Shown: positions 1 through 14,307 of the stretch, one piece after another
Position numbering within the stretch: position 1 is the first letter of the stretch
How the letters are laid out: each line of letters opens with the position of its first letter
DNA from: Bispira polyomma
Taxonomy: Eukaryota
Reading direction: 5' to 3'
DNA length: 64,000 nucleotides
NCBI GenBank assembly: GCA_965649765.1
Contig: OZ287749.1
Location: 64,170,001 to 64,234,000 of the forward strand
Notes under the pieces: generated by a model
Databases searched by the model: none
What the model saw: only the letters and a program-made list of their open reading frames with translations
What the model was told of the DNA's origin: nothing
Translations under genes and position numbers: made by a program

Positions 1-51
1 AGCAACACCATAACGTTCACATTTCCTTTGATTCCCCATGTTCCAATTTTA

Positions 52-280
52 TTAGGCACAGCCTGATATTGTTTTGATTTTTAAAAGTGTGTCACAATCT
101 TGGAAAATAAGTAAGGCCTTCATGCATTGGTTGGAAGCAATTGGCCCGGCCAAAATGAGAGGTGTCACATTTATTGGTATCAGGCGCAGCTTTATGGGCC
201 TGAGTATATATAGTGGCCATATCAACGTTAGTGCATTTCACACTGTGCGCCAATGTCCTTTTTAAAAGACAACTCTTGTT
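52..280 (+). repeat. Interspersed repeat family A (unclassified)
   Basis: Aligns by eye with 3742-3960 (+), partly with 3110-3245 (+), and with the reverse complement of 49441-49662 (shared aggcrcagcctga...ggttggaagcaat...atatcaacgttag). Confidence 0.8.
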
Positions 281-3200
281 GAATCTTTTATAGACAGACT
301 CGGGGGGGTCAGGACTCACCTTTTATTTACAAAATCCTGCATCGGCCTCTATCAGGTCAGACTAAAAACAATCCTGTGTCAATAGTACAAGATCTTAGAA
401 AAGATATTCATCTACACAGCTTCACTGAATCCTTACAAATAAATATACATCAACCTCAACATATGTAGCTGGTTAGATAAATATTGATATTGTTCATTTT
501 CACCATCTTTATGATACAAATATGTGTGTTCTATGAAGGTATCAGCACCATACTGTCTGGCTCCGCAGTTCTCAAATTTGACATTTGCTGTTTCAGTCAT
601 GTTTAAGGTTTCATGTGATACACATTACAATAAAGACCATATGTGTCAGCTAGCAGTTCCCATGTTTTGGCCTCATTGTGGCCCAGTAAAAGCATACTAA
701 CACTTTTCCTTTTTTTTTCACCCCAGTGGGTGTATACAGGTTTGTTTGACTAACTTATACAATTAAGTTTTCCCCCCACTTGTACAAAAACTTAAATTAA
801 ATTCTAGGTAAAGAAAAAATGCATTTTCTTTGTTTTGTTTTTACTTTTTGTATGAATTGGGCCTAGGATAATTAAAGTTTTTTTACTTGGTTTTCATTTA
901 AAAACGATAACTATACTATGTTTAAACCCATCTCAAAATTTATCCTCGTGTTTTATAATGTATAGATGAGATCATCACTGAAAGTTATATCATCTATTTT
1001 GTAGTATATAGAAAACCATGTTGATTATTACCTGATCAATCGAGTTGGAAATGAACTTGTTGGAGGAGCATCAATTACTCATTAACAGGCCTAGTTTGTT
1101 GTGTACGAGTTATATAAATAAATCTGAGTTTAAGACTTCCATCGATACTGCTTTTAGTCACCATCTCTGTGCTCTGTGCTTTACATAGAAAACTTTAATA
1201 TTGGGTCCTTGCCATTAAGAGAGCATTTGGATGTTACAGCCTGTATTGATTGCTATCCAAGCCAGCCCTGTAATTCGATTGTAAATGCTTCCCAAAAGCA
1301 GAGATTGACCAGATATCTTCAAATTTATGTCATGTACACACTGGTGATACATGTGACATGCTATGTACATTTACCATTGACACATATATCATAAAGTGGA
1401 TATATCTGATAGCATAATTGATTAAATATAGATTAGGTAAAAAGGAGATAGGGACAAATGAGATACCAGACGCTTAGTGGTACTTTAACCATAACATTCA
1501 CTTCACAACCACTGTTTTCTTATGTCTGATGACAGTGGTTCCAACATCCCAGTTTCCTTCATTTTGGTCAAAGTTAATCATATACTTCACATAGATGGCA
1601 GCAGTTTACTCTTTAGATTGCCATACAAAACTGGTTAAATCCACCAAACAATAACCGGCAAGCCATTATTGCAATGTAACCTAAGCTTCTCAAAGTGATG
1701 CAAAACAAAGAAAAACACCACCTTTATAATATTGAAGCACTACCTCCCAACACTCCAGCCAGTACCTTAATCTGTCCTCACTTTGTCCACCCCCCCCCCC
1801 CCCCCCCCCCACATCTTATACCCCCTGTAGCCACATAAAGCTCCACTTCACCGCCCCAGGAACCTTCTAAATTGGCACACAAAATAGCAACAAATGAGCC
1901 TCTTTCCCGTCTTCGTGTTCCTATTGCCTAGCCCAATGAATAATGAATGGACCTCCCCTCCCATAGCCTTAACTCCTTGCTGTAGTCTTGGGCAAGTTAC
2001 TGACCTCAAGTTTTATACACCAGACTCAATTCTTCAATGTTCCTTGTTGTTCACTTTAAAAAAAAAATGCTATACAATATACTACTTTGAAACATGACAA
2101 AATGTCTATTTGTTGTTATTATTTGAATCATTCGTATATTGATTGTCTTATGTAATGAATCGGTATGCTCCTTCGGAAAGCTGATCTTACAGTTTCACTA
2201 ATCTCTTTACACACTAAGGCACTTGGCCTGTGTTCATTGTGAAATACAGAGCTACTCTTTAAGACCCAGACTGGTCCCCTAACTTTACACGGTTTGAATG
2301 TCACCAGGATACCAATTATTCTGAGAATGAGGTGGAAGTAATAATGTGCTTGAGAAGTCTTGTGATGCATTCTTGATAGCAGACAGTTAGAAATGCTCGA
2401 TGCTTAAGCTTCTTACCTAATGCTCTTGTTTACCTAAATTCATTTGAACTTATGGCATACAGTTATGGAATATATATGCCTTTAATATTTAGTTATTACA
2501 CTGGGTAATTATTTGATATATGCACTTTTTCAATTGGTAGTCTACCACATAATCACATAATTTGAACTTTCGGTTTTTAAGCTCTAAGGTTGTAGTGGTA
2601 ATTTTGTTTTCTACCCAAACAATCCCTAACCTAAAGATATTAAAAAAATTTCACCTAATAAGCCTGGACGTGAAGAGTGTGATAAAATGTCGTCTGCTGT
2701 ACACATGTGGCGGGAAAATAATCTTTACACTGAACATTGTGGCTCTGTTTTAAGCATAAAGTAAGTTAAATAATAAAATCTTTTTTAAGCAAATTCCTAA
2801 AGTGGATATATACATATATACACTATATATTCCTTGTCATTTTTAGTAGCTCAATGAGCTGCCTGTCTTAAAGTTTTTAATTACAGTTGCTCTCGGGTGG
2901 AAATGACTTTGAAAATTATAACTTGTCTCATAAACCTTTTTTGGAGGTCACAGGGAAAATGTCTCCATGCTTGTTCAGGGCCATGGACTAAATCTTTGAT
3001 GCTTCAAAGAAGCCTTTTGGATTTCTTTAGCCTTGTGTAAAGACTCTCGGGTTATATATTAATAATTTAATGAACTCGGGACTTGGTGAAGGTTTGGTGT
3101 ATGTGTATTTTTATCAGGTAAAGCTTGATGTTGCTTTCATTCTAAAAAGGGCGCGGCTATGCTAGAAATATGTAACACCTTCATGAATTGGATGGAAGCA

Positions 3201-3741
3201 AATGACCTGTCAGAACTAAGGGCTGTCATATTTATATTATCAATCAATTATAAGCCGCCATGTTGGAAATAATATGTTAGCCCTTCATGGATTGATTTTG
3301 GCCAAACTGGGGATTATAAGTCACCCTGTGCACTGATATATTTTCTATTTTTTTCTAGTTTAATTGCGAAAAAAAAATATCCATGGTGAAATAAAACAAA
3401 TGTCACTTTTAAACTTATTTATGCAGATAAAAGCCAGTCAGAGAAAATACATTAAGACAGATAATGTGAATTAGGCACAAGAGAAAAAAAATAATGTTGT
3501 TGGAAGAATTGAATGGATAAAATGGAGGCTATAAAATGATTGACTTTTTACCCTCTGGATTAGAAAAAAATATCCGGAAATAGGAAGTCATCCATCATAG
3601 TAGGACGTTACAGGCGATGATGATCGGAGTTTGTATTTTTTACACCTCAGGATATTTTTTTTTAATACAAACTGTGTTTTTGTTTTCGGAATTACAGGAA
3701 ATGTAATAGATTTATTTTATGGTAAATACAGTAAAAATTAT

Positions 3742-3960
3742 TATCAGGCGCAGCCTGAATTGTTTGTAATTGTGAGAAGGGCGCTGCCATCTTAGAAAAT
3801 ATGTAAGCCCTATACGAATTGGTTGGAAGTAATCGACCCATCCCCCAACTGAGTGGTGTCAGATTTATTGTTATCAGACGGAGTATATAGTGGCCGTATC
3901 AACGTTAGTGTATTTCTCTCTGTGCACCTATGTCTTTTTAAAAAGACAACTCTTGTTTTA
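3742..3960 (+). repeat. Interspersed repeat family A, second copy
   Basis: Homologous to 52-280, ending in aagacaactcttgtt. Confidence 0.8.
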
Positions 3961-5034
3961 TGGGCATGGACATGAAAGCTGTCTAGCTCATCCAGCTTAT
4001 ATCAGCAGCTGGTACAAAGCTGAGTGCAAATATAAACTTAAGTTTGACTACCCTAGAATTTGAATGATTTTTAACCTTTGTATATGTAATATGGTAAATA
4101 TTTAAAATATAGACTCCCTGTCCAGCTATTTTATAAAAAAATATATTTGAAAAAAAAAAAATGAATTGCAACTGAAGTTATTATTGAAGCTGGAATGGCA
4201 GAGTTTACGGTTATGTTTAGGAAGAACCCATCTGTGTAAATGTTTAAGGTGTAAACATGCGATGCTGTCATTAGTATTACCTAATCAAATCTTCTGATCC
4301 ATTACTTGTCTGTTTGTTGAAAGATTAAAGATACTAATATTTACAGATTAATAGATGAAATCGTTGTGGATTTTTCTTAGGTTGAATTAAACATATTTTC
4401 CTAAGATAACCCTTTCAAATTTTGAGTTTCACACACAAAATATGTGCCTCGAGCATGCAATTAATTTAGATTAAAACCGAATGCACTAAGTCTAAAATTA
4501 AATTATCCGTCATCTTGGGGCACTTCCGGTCGAAACCCCAGCGAGGGGGAGCTAGGGGAGCATTCACCATATTTAGTGAGACAGATTCTTTGATCTTCTC
4601 CGACAGCTTGCTGCGGCTATGACGTCAGAAATTATCCTCTTTTTTTTAATGTAATTAAAATACACCGGAGTATTTGGGATGTTAAGCAAATCTCGCTTGT
4701 TTAAAGGTCAAAATATCAGCTGAAACCAGTCACCTTTAGTTACCAATGTGTGTGTTAACTAACCCCCACCCATACCTTCTGGACATTGGCAATTTACTTG
4801 ATGTTTCCTAAACTCAGCAAATTTTTCGACAATTTCTTCAAAATCTTAAAGGCTTTAAAGTGACAGAATTAACATACCTTTACATATACCATATACGTGT
4901 TCTAGTGATTAGACAAGTTCAAATTTTCACCGCAAATTAATTTGCAATATTCAAACTAATTTGCTAAAAATATATCAAATATAGATTCCTAATGAAAAAT
5001 GTCTACACATTTACAATATTTGAAACCATGCTTC

Positions 5035-5225
5035 TGGGAGGCGTCTAAAGGTTAGAAGTGCCTGCTTTACCATCACTGATCCCTCACCAATTTGGGTTCG
5101 AATCCTGTTTGTACCTTGGTGTGGGAACGTTTGTCAGGTAAATGCCATAGGTTGGTAGGTTTTCTCCACCATTAAATCTATATGTCGTGATATTACCTGA
5201 TATACATTATTAAGCTGTTAAAAAC
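5035..5225 (+). mobile_element. Degenerate tRNA-derived SINE
   Basis: B-box-like gggttcgaatcc, then gtgggaacgtttgtcagg...ggttttctccacc; related to the copies at 10255-10460 (-) and 24338-24520 (+). Confidence 0.6.
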
Positions 5226-8200
5226 AATGTAAAATATCCAACTAAATTTAAATTAAATTGCTATGCTCCTAGGATTCATTTGTAAATTGTTCACTATAAG
5301 TAACCAAAAAATCCAGAAAATTCTCTGCTATATGTCAACTGGTGTGGTAATGTTTTATCAAGAGTCGTCCAGTGGAGATAGATATAAAAACACACAGAGA
5401 ACCCCTTCATCTCTGTAGAGTTTACTGTACTAGAGAAATAGTCACGCAATCCAGTAGTAAGTACTCAATAGAATCCACTGCTACTTCATCTACTGACTCT
5501 TAATTACATACCGCCTTATATATGAAAGTGTTGTTTTTTGTGGTTCCCTGTTTTTCTGGTTAATTAGCAAATAGTTTATTTTTAGATACAAAAAAATGCA
5601 ACAAATCTTATTTGTGAGAATGTGTATTTGAAGAATGAAAAAGATTCTCAAACTTCAATGCACATAATAAAAAAGAGGCTGTTTTAAGCATGACCCCATT
5701 TGTCAGATTGCTAGTTGTCGCCTTTCCACAAGTGATACCCAGCAGGTTTATGTTTCATGGTTACATATAGAAAGTCATGTCAGCCCAGACGTACGTCCAC
5801 TATTTCAGGGTTTTTTTCTAGTTCTCAGTGACTTTTCACAGTAATCGTGAGGTACCAAGTAGTCTTGTCAGTAGCTGGGACCTCTATTATGAGCTAAAGG
5901 TCTTGTAGTTAGTAGCAATTTACTTCACAATCCACTTGGCTCTGAGGACATGCGATGACATACCACTAGGCCTCTCTAATATATTAGGTATTTGCCATAG
6001 GTCAGTGGGTAATACTAGTAAGGTAGAGATTTCTATATATTAGCAATGTTGCCTTGTCAGGTTACAATCTTCTGCATTAATATCACTACACCCCTGACCT
6101 TTTGGGGACAGTTGGATTAAGACCAACTGCTTCCTTCATATTGGAAAGTTTACCAAGCAGATCATAGCGTATTTGTTTCTAATATATCAGCAGTTAACTC
6201 TAATAATTCGTCAGTAACTCTAGGCTATATGATGCAAACTTTGCATAAATAAAGCAATGCCAAGCAATCCCAAGGTCTTGTCCTATAGCTACAACTAATA
6301 CACACTCAACTGACCCCAGATTTCATTTTTACATGTCAAGCATTTGCTGCTAAGACATGAATTCCTCTCATCATGGAATAATAGTGAAAACAGTTGACAG
6401 AAATAGGAGATGTGTGTGTGTGTGTGGGGGGGGGGGGGGTGGGGGGTGGGGGGAGAGAGGTTTACTGTTTTTTATTTATGTTAATATCAAAGTTTTATTG
6501 CACCTACAACCCCCTAGCCAAATGATCCCCTGGGTGCAATGTGGTTGACTTGACAATGTGTTCCCTTTTGAAGTGGGCATCATGCACTGGCCATGAGCCT
6601 TGAACTCATTTGATGGAAGTATTTTCGTTTTTATGTGGCGGCCATAGCTTGTACATAATACCCCATTCTGGAACTATTCGCTTGTATTGGCTCTTTTAGA
6701 CCATTTCACAACCTTTTGTCAGTCACTTATATGCAGTATTTTTAACATCTTTATATGTCTTTAACATATAAAAAAAATTGCAATTCCATCTTCTTGTTAA
6801 ATTTTTTTTAGAAAGTAAACTTATCATAATCAAGAATTTAATTTTTTATTTTAAAAGAAAGGGAAACATCAAAAACAAATAAAGATTATATATTACCTAT
6901 GTCGGATACTGGAAGAAGTTCAGTGTATATTTATTCAAATAAAAGTAGAGAAATATGGCCATATATTGGGCTGTGTTTTTTTGCTCGTGGTCACAAAAGT
7001 GATCTATGTTTCTGGAGGGGGGCCGTTGATAATGTAGCTTTGAAGGTCAGTAGAGCTTCAATAAAAGCAGGAATAGCCCCAGCTGAAGATCAGAGGGTAT
7101 TACTCAATAAATGTGATTACACCGGACCAGTCCTTGATAGATTGCTTGATAGATTTGGTTTATGACCACTATATAGCAAGAATTAATTTCCCTGCAAAAT
7201 TTATGAGGAGAATGTCACTGCAGCAAAAAACAAGGCCATATCAGGTTATTAGGACGATGTTCATCTGATATAGATGAAGCAAGCTAATGCTTTCTTCTCT
7301 TATTTGTATTGATACTGCAGACAAGGAGTGGTCCAGTAATTTTTCTTCTAAAATGACTATATCATGTATATTAATAACATGAGTATTTTTATTACAAGTG
7401 GCAGTGTATGACAACCTCTCTTTTATCGCCCACACATACCCCACTCCCCCCCTCCCCCTCCGCCCCTACTCGTTTGCCACGTAACATTAAATGCCATTTT
7501 CCGTGAGGAAATCAAGTAAGTGTAACTCAGATCACCAAAAGAAGCTGAGATGAATCTAGCCTCTTCTAAGGCCGAATTAACGTGTTTTTTTTATATAATA
7601 TTATAGCAATGGTATATTTTAAGGATGGTAGTTATGTTAGATTTTTCAATACACTCCTGAGTGTGCTCTGGTTTAGAACTAGTAACAACTAGATCTTTTC
7701 TCGGAACATGACAGATATGCAGTATAAGAGTACTTTATGTTAAAGTAATTGGCTTCATAGTTTGCATTTGTTATTTCCGCCAGGAATTAGGTATGATTTT
7801 TATCACTGTCTATTTAGAGCTTTGTTTGGTTGCATGGTTAAGGAAAAACTTACTTGAGGACTGAGGAAAGGGCAAAAGAAGGACCCATGAAATTTTGGTA
7901 TAGTGCATACCTCCGCCAAGATGACCGAGCCAAATAGTGGCCTAGAGATTTCGCGAAAAGTACGGAATCGTTTATTGCCCGAGCAAGTCTACTGTCAACT
8001 TATCCACATACATGCTAGGGCCTAGATTTAAACCCACTGCAAAGGTGGGTGGCTATTGTGTGTTATTACTGCACCACTGAGTCCCCTTGCATAAGCTAAG
8101 CAAGAACCCATTACATTATAGTGAAACACTAATTCTGGCCAAGGAGGCTCAAGGCCAAAAAGTGAAAAGATGGTTATCTTTGAGGCATCTTCAAACCTAG

Positions 8201-9766
8201 TGGAGGCATATGCTTTCTACTGAATGGCCCTTATAGTTTCAGAAGGAAACAATACTTTCTGACACACTATTGTATTTTTCAAGCAAGGCTAACGTGAACC
8301 CGAGAAAAAAATCTAACTGTATTATCTGTGTCTGAATGTCTAAATAAAATAGTTTAAGCACAGTGATGTAATTGGATAGACTGAGAAGCCACCTGCCCCT
8401 ACATATACATTTCTACCACATTCATTTGTCACAGCTTATAACAATAGCTTGCTTTAGTCATGGATGTATACTCACATCTTCAGATTCTCTTGACAGATTT
8501 GAATTTAATAATTAGTGTTGGACAGCTCATATTGGTGCTCAGTACACAAGCTGAGATTAAAGTCCTCTCTCAAATATCTCACGCCGATACCTCTGGGGCG
8601 AAATTCACAAAAGGTCTCAAGTCTTAGATTAAATTTAGGACTTGAGACTTGAGACTTTTGTCTTCGCTAAGATTTGTCTTAAATTGGGATTCACAAAATA
8701 TGCTAAGCGAGAACTTAGTCACATCATATAACCACATACAAAAATACACAAACAATTAGTGGCAATATTAGTAAAACTGGATGTGATTCACAAAAGGTCA
8801 CAAGTCCTAGACTAAATTCATGCTTAGATCAGGAAATACACCAAATTGATTTATTTTATTTATTTCAATTCGTACAAATACAAAGTAATGTACAATAAGG
8901 TATATGGTAATTAAAAGGTACACGAAATTGCCCCCCCCCCCCCCCCCTCCTTACGACTTTGCCATAGACGTCATAGTGTGTATCAATTTTATCAATAAAT
9001 GATTTCAGCTTAGAGCCTTATACAAAGCTACCCACTTATTTGACACTAAAAGATGTATTTTATTCGGTTAGGCGTATTGTAACTTTACTACTGTCAAACC
9101 AGGATTATAATTCATCTACTGACTAAACAGTTCATTGACATTACTTCTTGTCAATACATGATATCATTGGAGAAGGATAGAACTCCATTTACTGAGTAGA
9201 TAGATATTTTGTGCTATTTTTCTTTTGGCTACCACCCACACATACAGACATTAGCTCAGGTGTTTTGTTGTAATTTTTGTAAACCCCCTCCAAGCAGCCA
9301 AACCTACCACTGCTTAAACAACACCCACTCATTCTGTGGATGTTGTGATGTTTCTGTAACCTTAACCCTTCCCTCCTCTCCCCCAGTTGGATAGCTTGGA
9401 CCTTTCACCCAACCCAGCTGGCATGTGCATATTTGTTTCCTGCCATGGTGGCACAGCTGAAATCCAGTAAAAAACTAGTAATAGAGCCTTGATTACATAA
9501 GACATTGTAGCCATGACACCTGCTTTTGACTGGCCTTAGATCAATATAAGTGTCCTTCCTATATTAGTATAATTATAATATCAAGGATTTTTAATGTAAA
9601 AAATAGACCAGAACAACAAACAATGGACATGTGATTAAAAATGTCAAGCAAAACATTTGCCAAGCTATATCTCCTGACCAACTCATGACCATTGAAGAGT
9701 TGGTCAGAAGGTCGCCAGTTTGAGCCTCTCTGGTGATAGAGAGATTACATCATTAGACAAGATCTG

Positions 9767-10086
9767 CGCCCGTATTGACTAAAGTTCTTAGAATAAGATT
9801 TTTTGCTATTCACTAAATTCGTGTACTTATAAAAATTTAAGAATGAGCTTTGATTCTAAGAATGGTCAAGACCTTACTTGAGTTAAGAAAAAGACATGGC
9901 ATTTTTATGTATTGCTATTCACAATTCTTAGTTAACAAAATTCTTATTCTAGAAATAAGAATAATAAAATTTTTAGAATAGAAAATTTTCCAAGTATGAA
10001 AATGATTCTTATTATAAGTATAAGAATGATTCTTATTCTAAGTATAAGAATAAATCTAAGTATAATAACTTTAGTAAATATGGCCC
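9767..10086. mobile_element. MITE, PIF/Harbinger-like (CWG-flanked)
   Basis: Imperfect TIRs cgcccgtattgactaaagtt / aactttagtaaatatggccc, flanked by CTG and CAG; internal short tandem repeats. Confidence 0.7.
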
Positions 10087-10254
10087 CAGGAGATGCCATT
10101 GCCTACTGTTGACGACTAACTCTATGGTGTAGGACCTACCTCCTCTTCAGAGATTAAAACCTTATGGGATGAACTATCAATTAGTTGCTATAATAATGCT
10201 TTAACAAATAATAGCAAGCTATTCCTCAGAGAAGGTCCATCATGTGAAAGCATT

Positions 10255-10460
10255 TTATTGGGATTTAACAGCTTTCAACAGCTTACCTCATATCACGAGG
10301 GCCGAGTTTAATGGTGTAAAAAAATTAATGTTGAAGCATTGTAAACCACTAACCTACGGCAAGTGCCTGACAAACGTTTCCACATAAAGGGCCCGCATTG
10401 ATAAGAAGCCAGTGAATGTGTAGCAGGCGCTTTCGAATCAGTTGGCCACCGTGGCCCCCA
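10255..10460 (-). mobile_element. tRNA-derived SINE
   Basis: Reverse strand starts ggggccacggtggcc (A-box-like head) and has the gtggaaacgtttgtcagg core shared with 5035-5225. Confidence 0.6.
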
Positions 10461-11967
10461 CACTGATAAACGGGCCTTGGCCAGATATATGTCGGCTTAT
10501 ATGTATGGACTTGCAGATACTTATCCCTTGTATCACAATGACTGATACAAAATATAGACCTTTGCAGGAAAAACATCTTTACACATATGTGTCTTAAGCA
10601 TATAGATAAAAAAATTGAAATCCACAAGCAGTTCCGATATATTAAGTAAGCTATTCGAAACAGTTGGTCTAACATACAAAAAGACATTGTCAAAGTGTAC
10701 CTTTGGACAGGTGTATTTTTCGTATTTGATATTTGCCTGACATTTGTAATGGCACAAAAGATCCCAAGATACTTCACCAGCCATATGTTTCTTATATACT
10801 GAATGGATATAGATAAGTAAGTCTATAACAAAATAAAGAGTGTGTTACTAAAGTGAGTGATCATTGAAGATGATTGAATTTGGGAAACATTACTTCAAAC
10901 ACAGGTGCACATCAAATTATGACAGAGACACTTCAAATAATGTCATGTCAATTTACATGGTGATAAAAAAGTGTCTCTTTTTTAGTCTTTGATGTTATGC
11001 CCATAAAAATATGTATCTTTTTATCGGTGGTACTTAAATGATGAAGAGGGGGCTTTTAGAATCTGCCCATGTTTCATTTACTCATGATTACTTTGATGAA
11101 TGTTTCATTACCGTCTCTGATTAAATGCTGCAGAAACAGAGCTTTTTGCTTAACAAAAAGTAAAAGGAAATATTTTGGAAAATTGGGCATTTTATTTGGA
11201 TGTCATGTTTTAAATTGAAGCTAAATGTTGGAGGTTTGACAAGGAAAAGTAAATAAAAACTAAAAGGCCATGAGTTATCCATATGGTGACAATTAAAAGT
11301 TTTGAAACATTCATTAGGTTTCAATGATTTTGGTCATATTATATGGGAATGTTACAAATATTTAATATAAGAATGTTAACCAAATAGTAGTATAGTAGTT
11401 AATATTTATTTATTTTTATAATAACTTAATTAGTGAAAATATTTGCACTTAATTTATTAAATTAATTTCACCTACTAAGACAACCACATATACATGTATA
11501 TATAGGTTATGATATTGCTATGTTAAATGGGTTTGAATTTACTGTAACATGGTAATAATATCTGTAAACAATATTTTTAAACAATAAAATAAAAATGTAT
11601 TAATACCTTTTATATTTTACCTTTCAGGACAGTATAAAATAAGATATTTCATGTAACAATGCATGACATGTGTAAGTTATTTACGCTATTCTAACTATAT
11701 TAAAAGAAACTGTATGCAGTGGAAATATTAGTAATATGTCACTATTCCAGTTGATCTAACATACTTCCGGTTTAAGGAGTAAAAAATCACACAGAGTGGC
11801 ATAATAACATGTTATATGTCACTACCATATTTTACATTATCATCACGTCTTATTGATGTGAGGCATCTTCTAAAGCGTAAAACAGAATCAATCAACCACT
11901 TGAGAAGTCAAAAAACAAAGCCAATGTCGTAAGGGAGGATGTGAGAGTCTACAGGGAACTAGAGGGA

Positions 11968-12262
11968 ATAAGCAAGTTTAAAGAGATAGGTTTTCAGTTT
12001 TGTCCTCAACCCATAAAGTGTTTCTAGTGATCTTAGCTGAACTGGGAGACTGTTCCATAACATAAGTGCAGTAAGTAAGAGGCCCCATAGATCCAGGCCT
12101 CTTGGTGGGTTTAACGAGGAAACAGACAACAGTCACTGTCCTCTAGTGAGGTTAACTGAAAGGAAAGACAAGTAGGAAGGTTGGACGGATGTTAAGAGAC
12201 AACAGCTTTGAAAATCGTGACATGGAATTTAAACTGAATTCGACAATGAATAGAAAGCCATT
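11968..12262 (-). mobile_element. L2/CR1-type LINE ORF2 C-terminal fragment (decayed)
   Basis: Minus-strand translation gives WLSIHCRIQFKFHVTIFKA and LWNSLPVQLRSLETLYGLRTKLKTYLFKLAY, matching typical LHWLP..RI.FK and LWN.LP...LKT.LF motifs. Confidence 0.75.
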
Positions 12263-14090
12263 TTTTTGTTATGTTAAATGGAGAGGCATTTAATAAATAG
12301 GGATGCATGATTCCATTGAATGGGATACCCAATTAATAAAGCAACAGTATAGTGTGTAAAAAGGAGATTGAGGTCATTAGAGTGAGGCATTTTTTCATGT
12401 TCTTAATAATTCAGAGATTGGAAGATTGTATGTATAGCTTTGTGGACATGATGTGTGGGTGTGATATTTGAGCGGTGAGCGGAGATAGCATGGCAAAAAT
12501 ATGAAAATGATCATAATTGAAGATCATGTCACAATAAAGAAAGAAATTACTACATGGTACTTAGTAGTAGGATAAAACAAAGGAAGGATGGTGTCCATTG
12601 TCTGCCAGATATGTCTCCATTATTTGACAGCAACTGTCGACATTTACCAGCCTCATGATGATGGCCAACAACCATCTCAAGTATTTTTCCTATGATTATA
12701 TTTTTTTAAAAAGTCAAATCTATCACACAGAATAAGAGATTTGATAAAGGGGAAACATGATACATTTTAGTAGAGTAAATATACTTTTTAAAATCATTAA
12801 AACATGTATTTTAGCTACTACTATGGCTTTCAGCTACTCTTTTTGTTTAATTATTAGTCTTTACATATGAGATATTGAGGCTCTCTGTTTGCCACCTTCA
12901 CAAAGCACCTCAAGAGTGTCAAATATTGCATCAGCATAGCTCCACATAAACCTTCGCTCACCCACAGTCCCATATCTCTGGATTACGACACAGCTTTTCC
13001 CCTCAATTTTTTTAGATTTTGCCTCAATGACTTCTGGTTTTAGCACACTGGGTTCCTCTTTTTGAGTAAAATATTGCACCCCTGCAAATACTTCTATATA
13101 ATTATATGTTTTACCTATACAGTACTCAATAATTAATCACACTGCTATGAATTAGAGTATTTAAGTCAATAAATTGGAAATTCTGAACCCATTTGACTTG
13201 CCAAAACTTAATTCAATAAATTGTAAGCACGTGTAGCTGTCATCAAGGTTTTACATCACCTTGGAGAGATGTCTTCATTATTTATCCGTCAAACACATCT
13301 ATAAATTTGTCTTCAGCAGGCCGACTTCTGTTGGCTCAAGGCTCATTCAAGAGTGTTATGTATGCACACTTAGTAGAAGATGAGATGACCTTCAGTCAGT
13401 GGTTTTCCTGTGTACTTGTGAAGGAGGGAGTGAGTTTTAAACATAGTATGTACAGCCCATCAGCCAACAGATGGTGTTGAATAAGTAGACTTCATGACAA
13501 AAACATGCCAGATTTGAAATTAAGAGGTCTTACAAGTTTGGCCTTCGAACAAATAACTTAAGTCTCTTTGAACTGGAGAATTTGTCAATTTTTATTTTTA
13601 TTTATTTTCAAAGTCTTTGGATGATACAAATGTGTTGCTTGACAACCAGGAAAACACATCTTCAGTTGGTCCAATGCCATGTACAGCGAAGTCATTTACA
13701 GATTTTAGAAAACTATTGTTAATATCACATAAGTAAATAGGCACCCATAGTAATTTTATACAATCACAGCATAATTAGGCTAAATTCATATTGAAAGTAG
13801 TTCTTAAATAGAAGATGAAATATTCTAGTACCTTAAATGTCACACAATTAGGGTTGAGATACCACATTCACTATCAAACAATTTGGGTTGAGTGTTAATG
13901 GCAATCATGTTATCTAAACAATTTATTTGTATGCCAAAATCAAAAATGTCCCCGCCCCATTATTAGAATCATTCTACATTCAGTTCTGGTAAAAAGGGAG
14001 GTAAGCCCACTCGTTATTACTTGTTTATTAAATGTCATTATATACATATGTTTGGATTAAATTGCTAATTGGGTAATATTTTTGACATAG

Positions 14091-14307
14091 ATAACCTGGC
14101 GAAAGCATGGAGACAAGCATCCTCTAACAATCGGCCTCTTCACCTTTGTCGGTGATGAAAGGATCAGCGTGGATCGGAACCAAAGGGCGAATGAATGGAG
14201 TCTGACCATCAAAGATGTGAAACCAGAGGATGAAGGGATCTATATCTGTACTATCAGCACCAAAAAACAGGGGGACAATACGTATGAGGTCAAACTCACC
14301 GTCAAAA
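14091..14307 (+). CDS. Exon of Dpr/ZIG-8-like Ig cell-surface protein, C-terminal part of Ig domain 1
   Basis: tttgacatag acceptor and A|gtaagt donor (phase 0 to 1); encodes ITWRKHGDKHPLTIGLFTFVGDERISVDRNQRANEWSLTIKDVKPEDEGIYICTIST..., with the Ig W, L.I..V...D.G.Y.C motif and a Dpr-like LT.G..TF..D.R segment. Confidence 0.92.

Noticed and set aside
10349-10777. 142-aa minus-strand ORF
   Set aside because: Runs into a SINE, has no recognisable domain and lies within an intron-like region.
1-14090. Upstream exons (signal peptide, first half of Ig1) of the Ig gene
   Set aside because: No exon with the expected first-Cys Ig motif and phase-0 donor was found by eye; probably upstream of the window.
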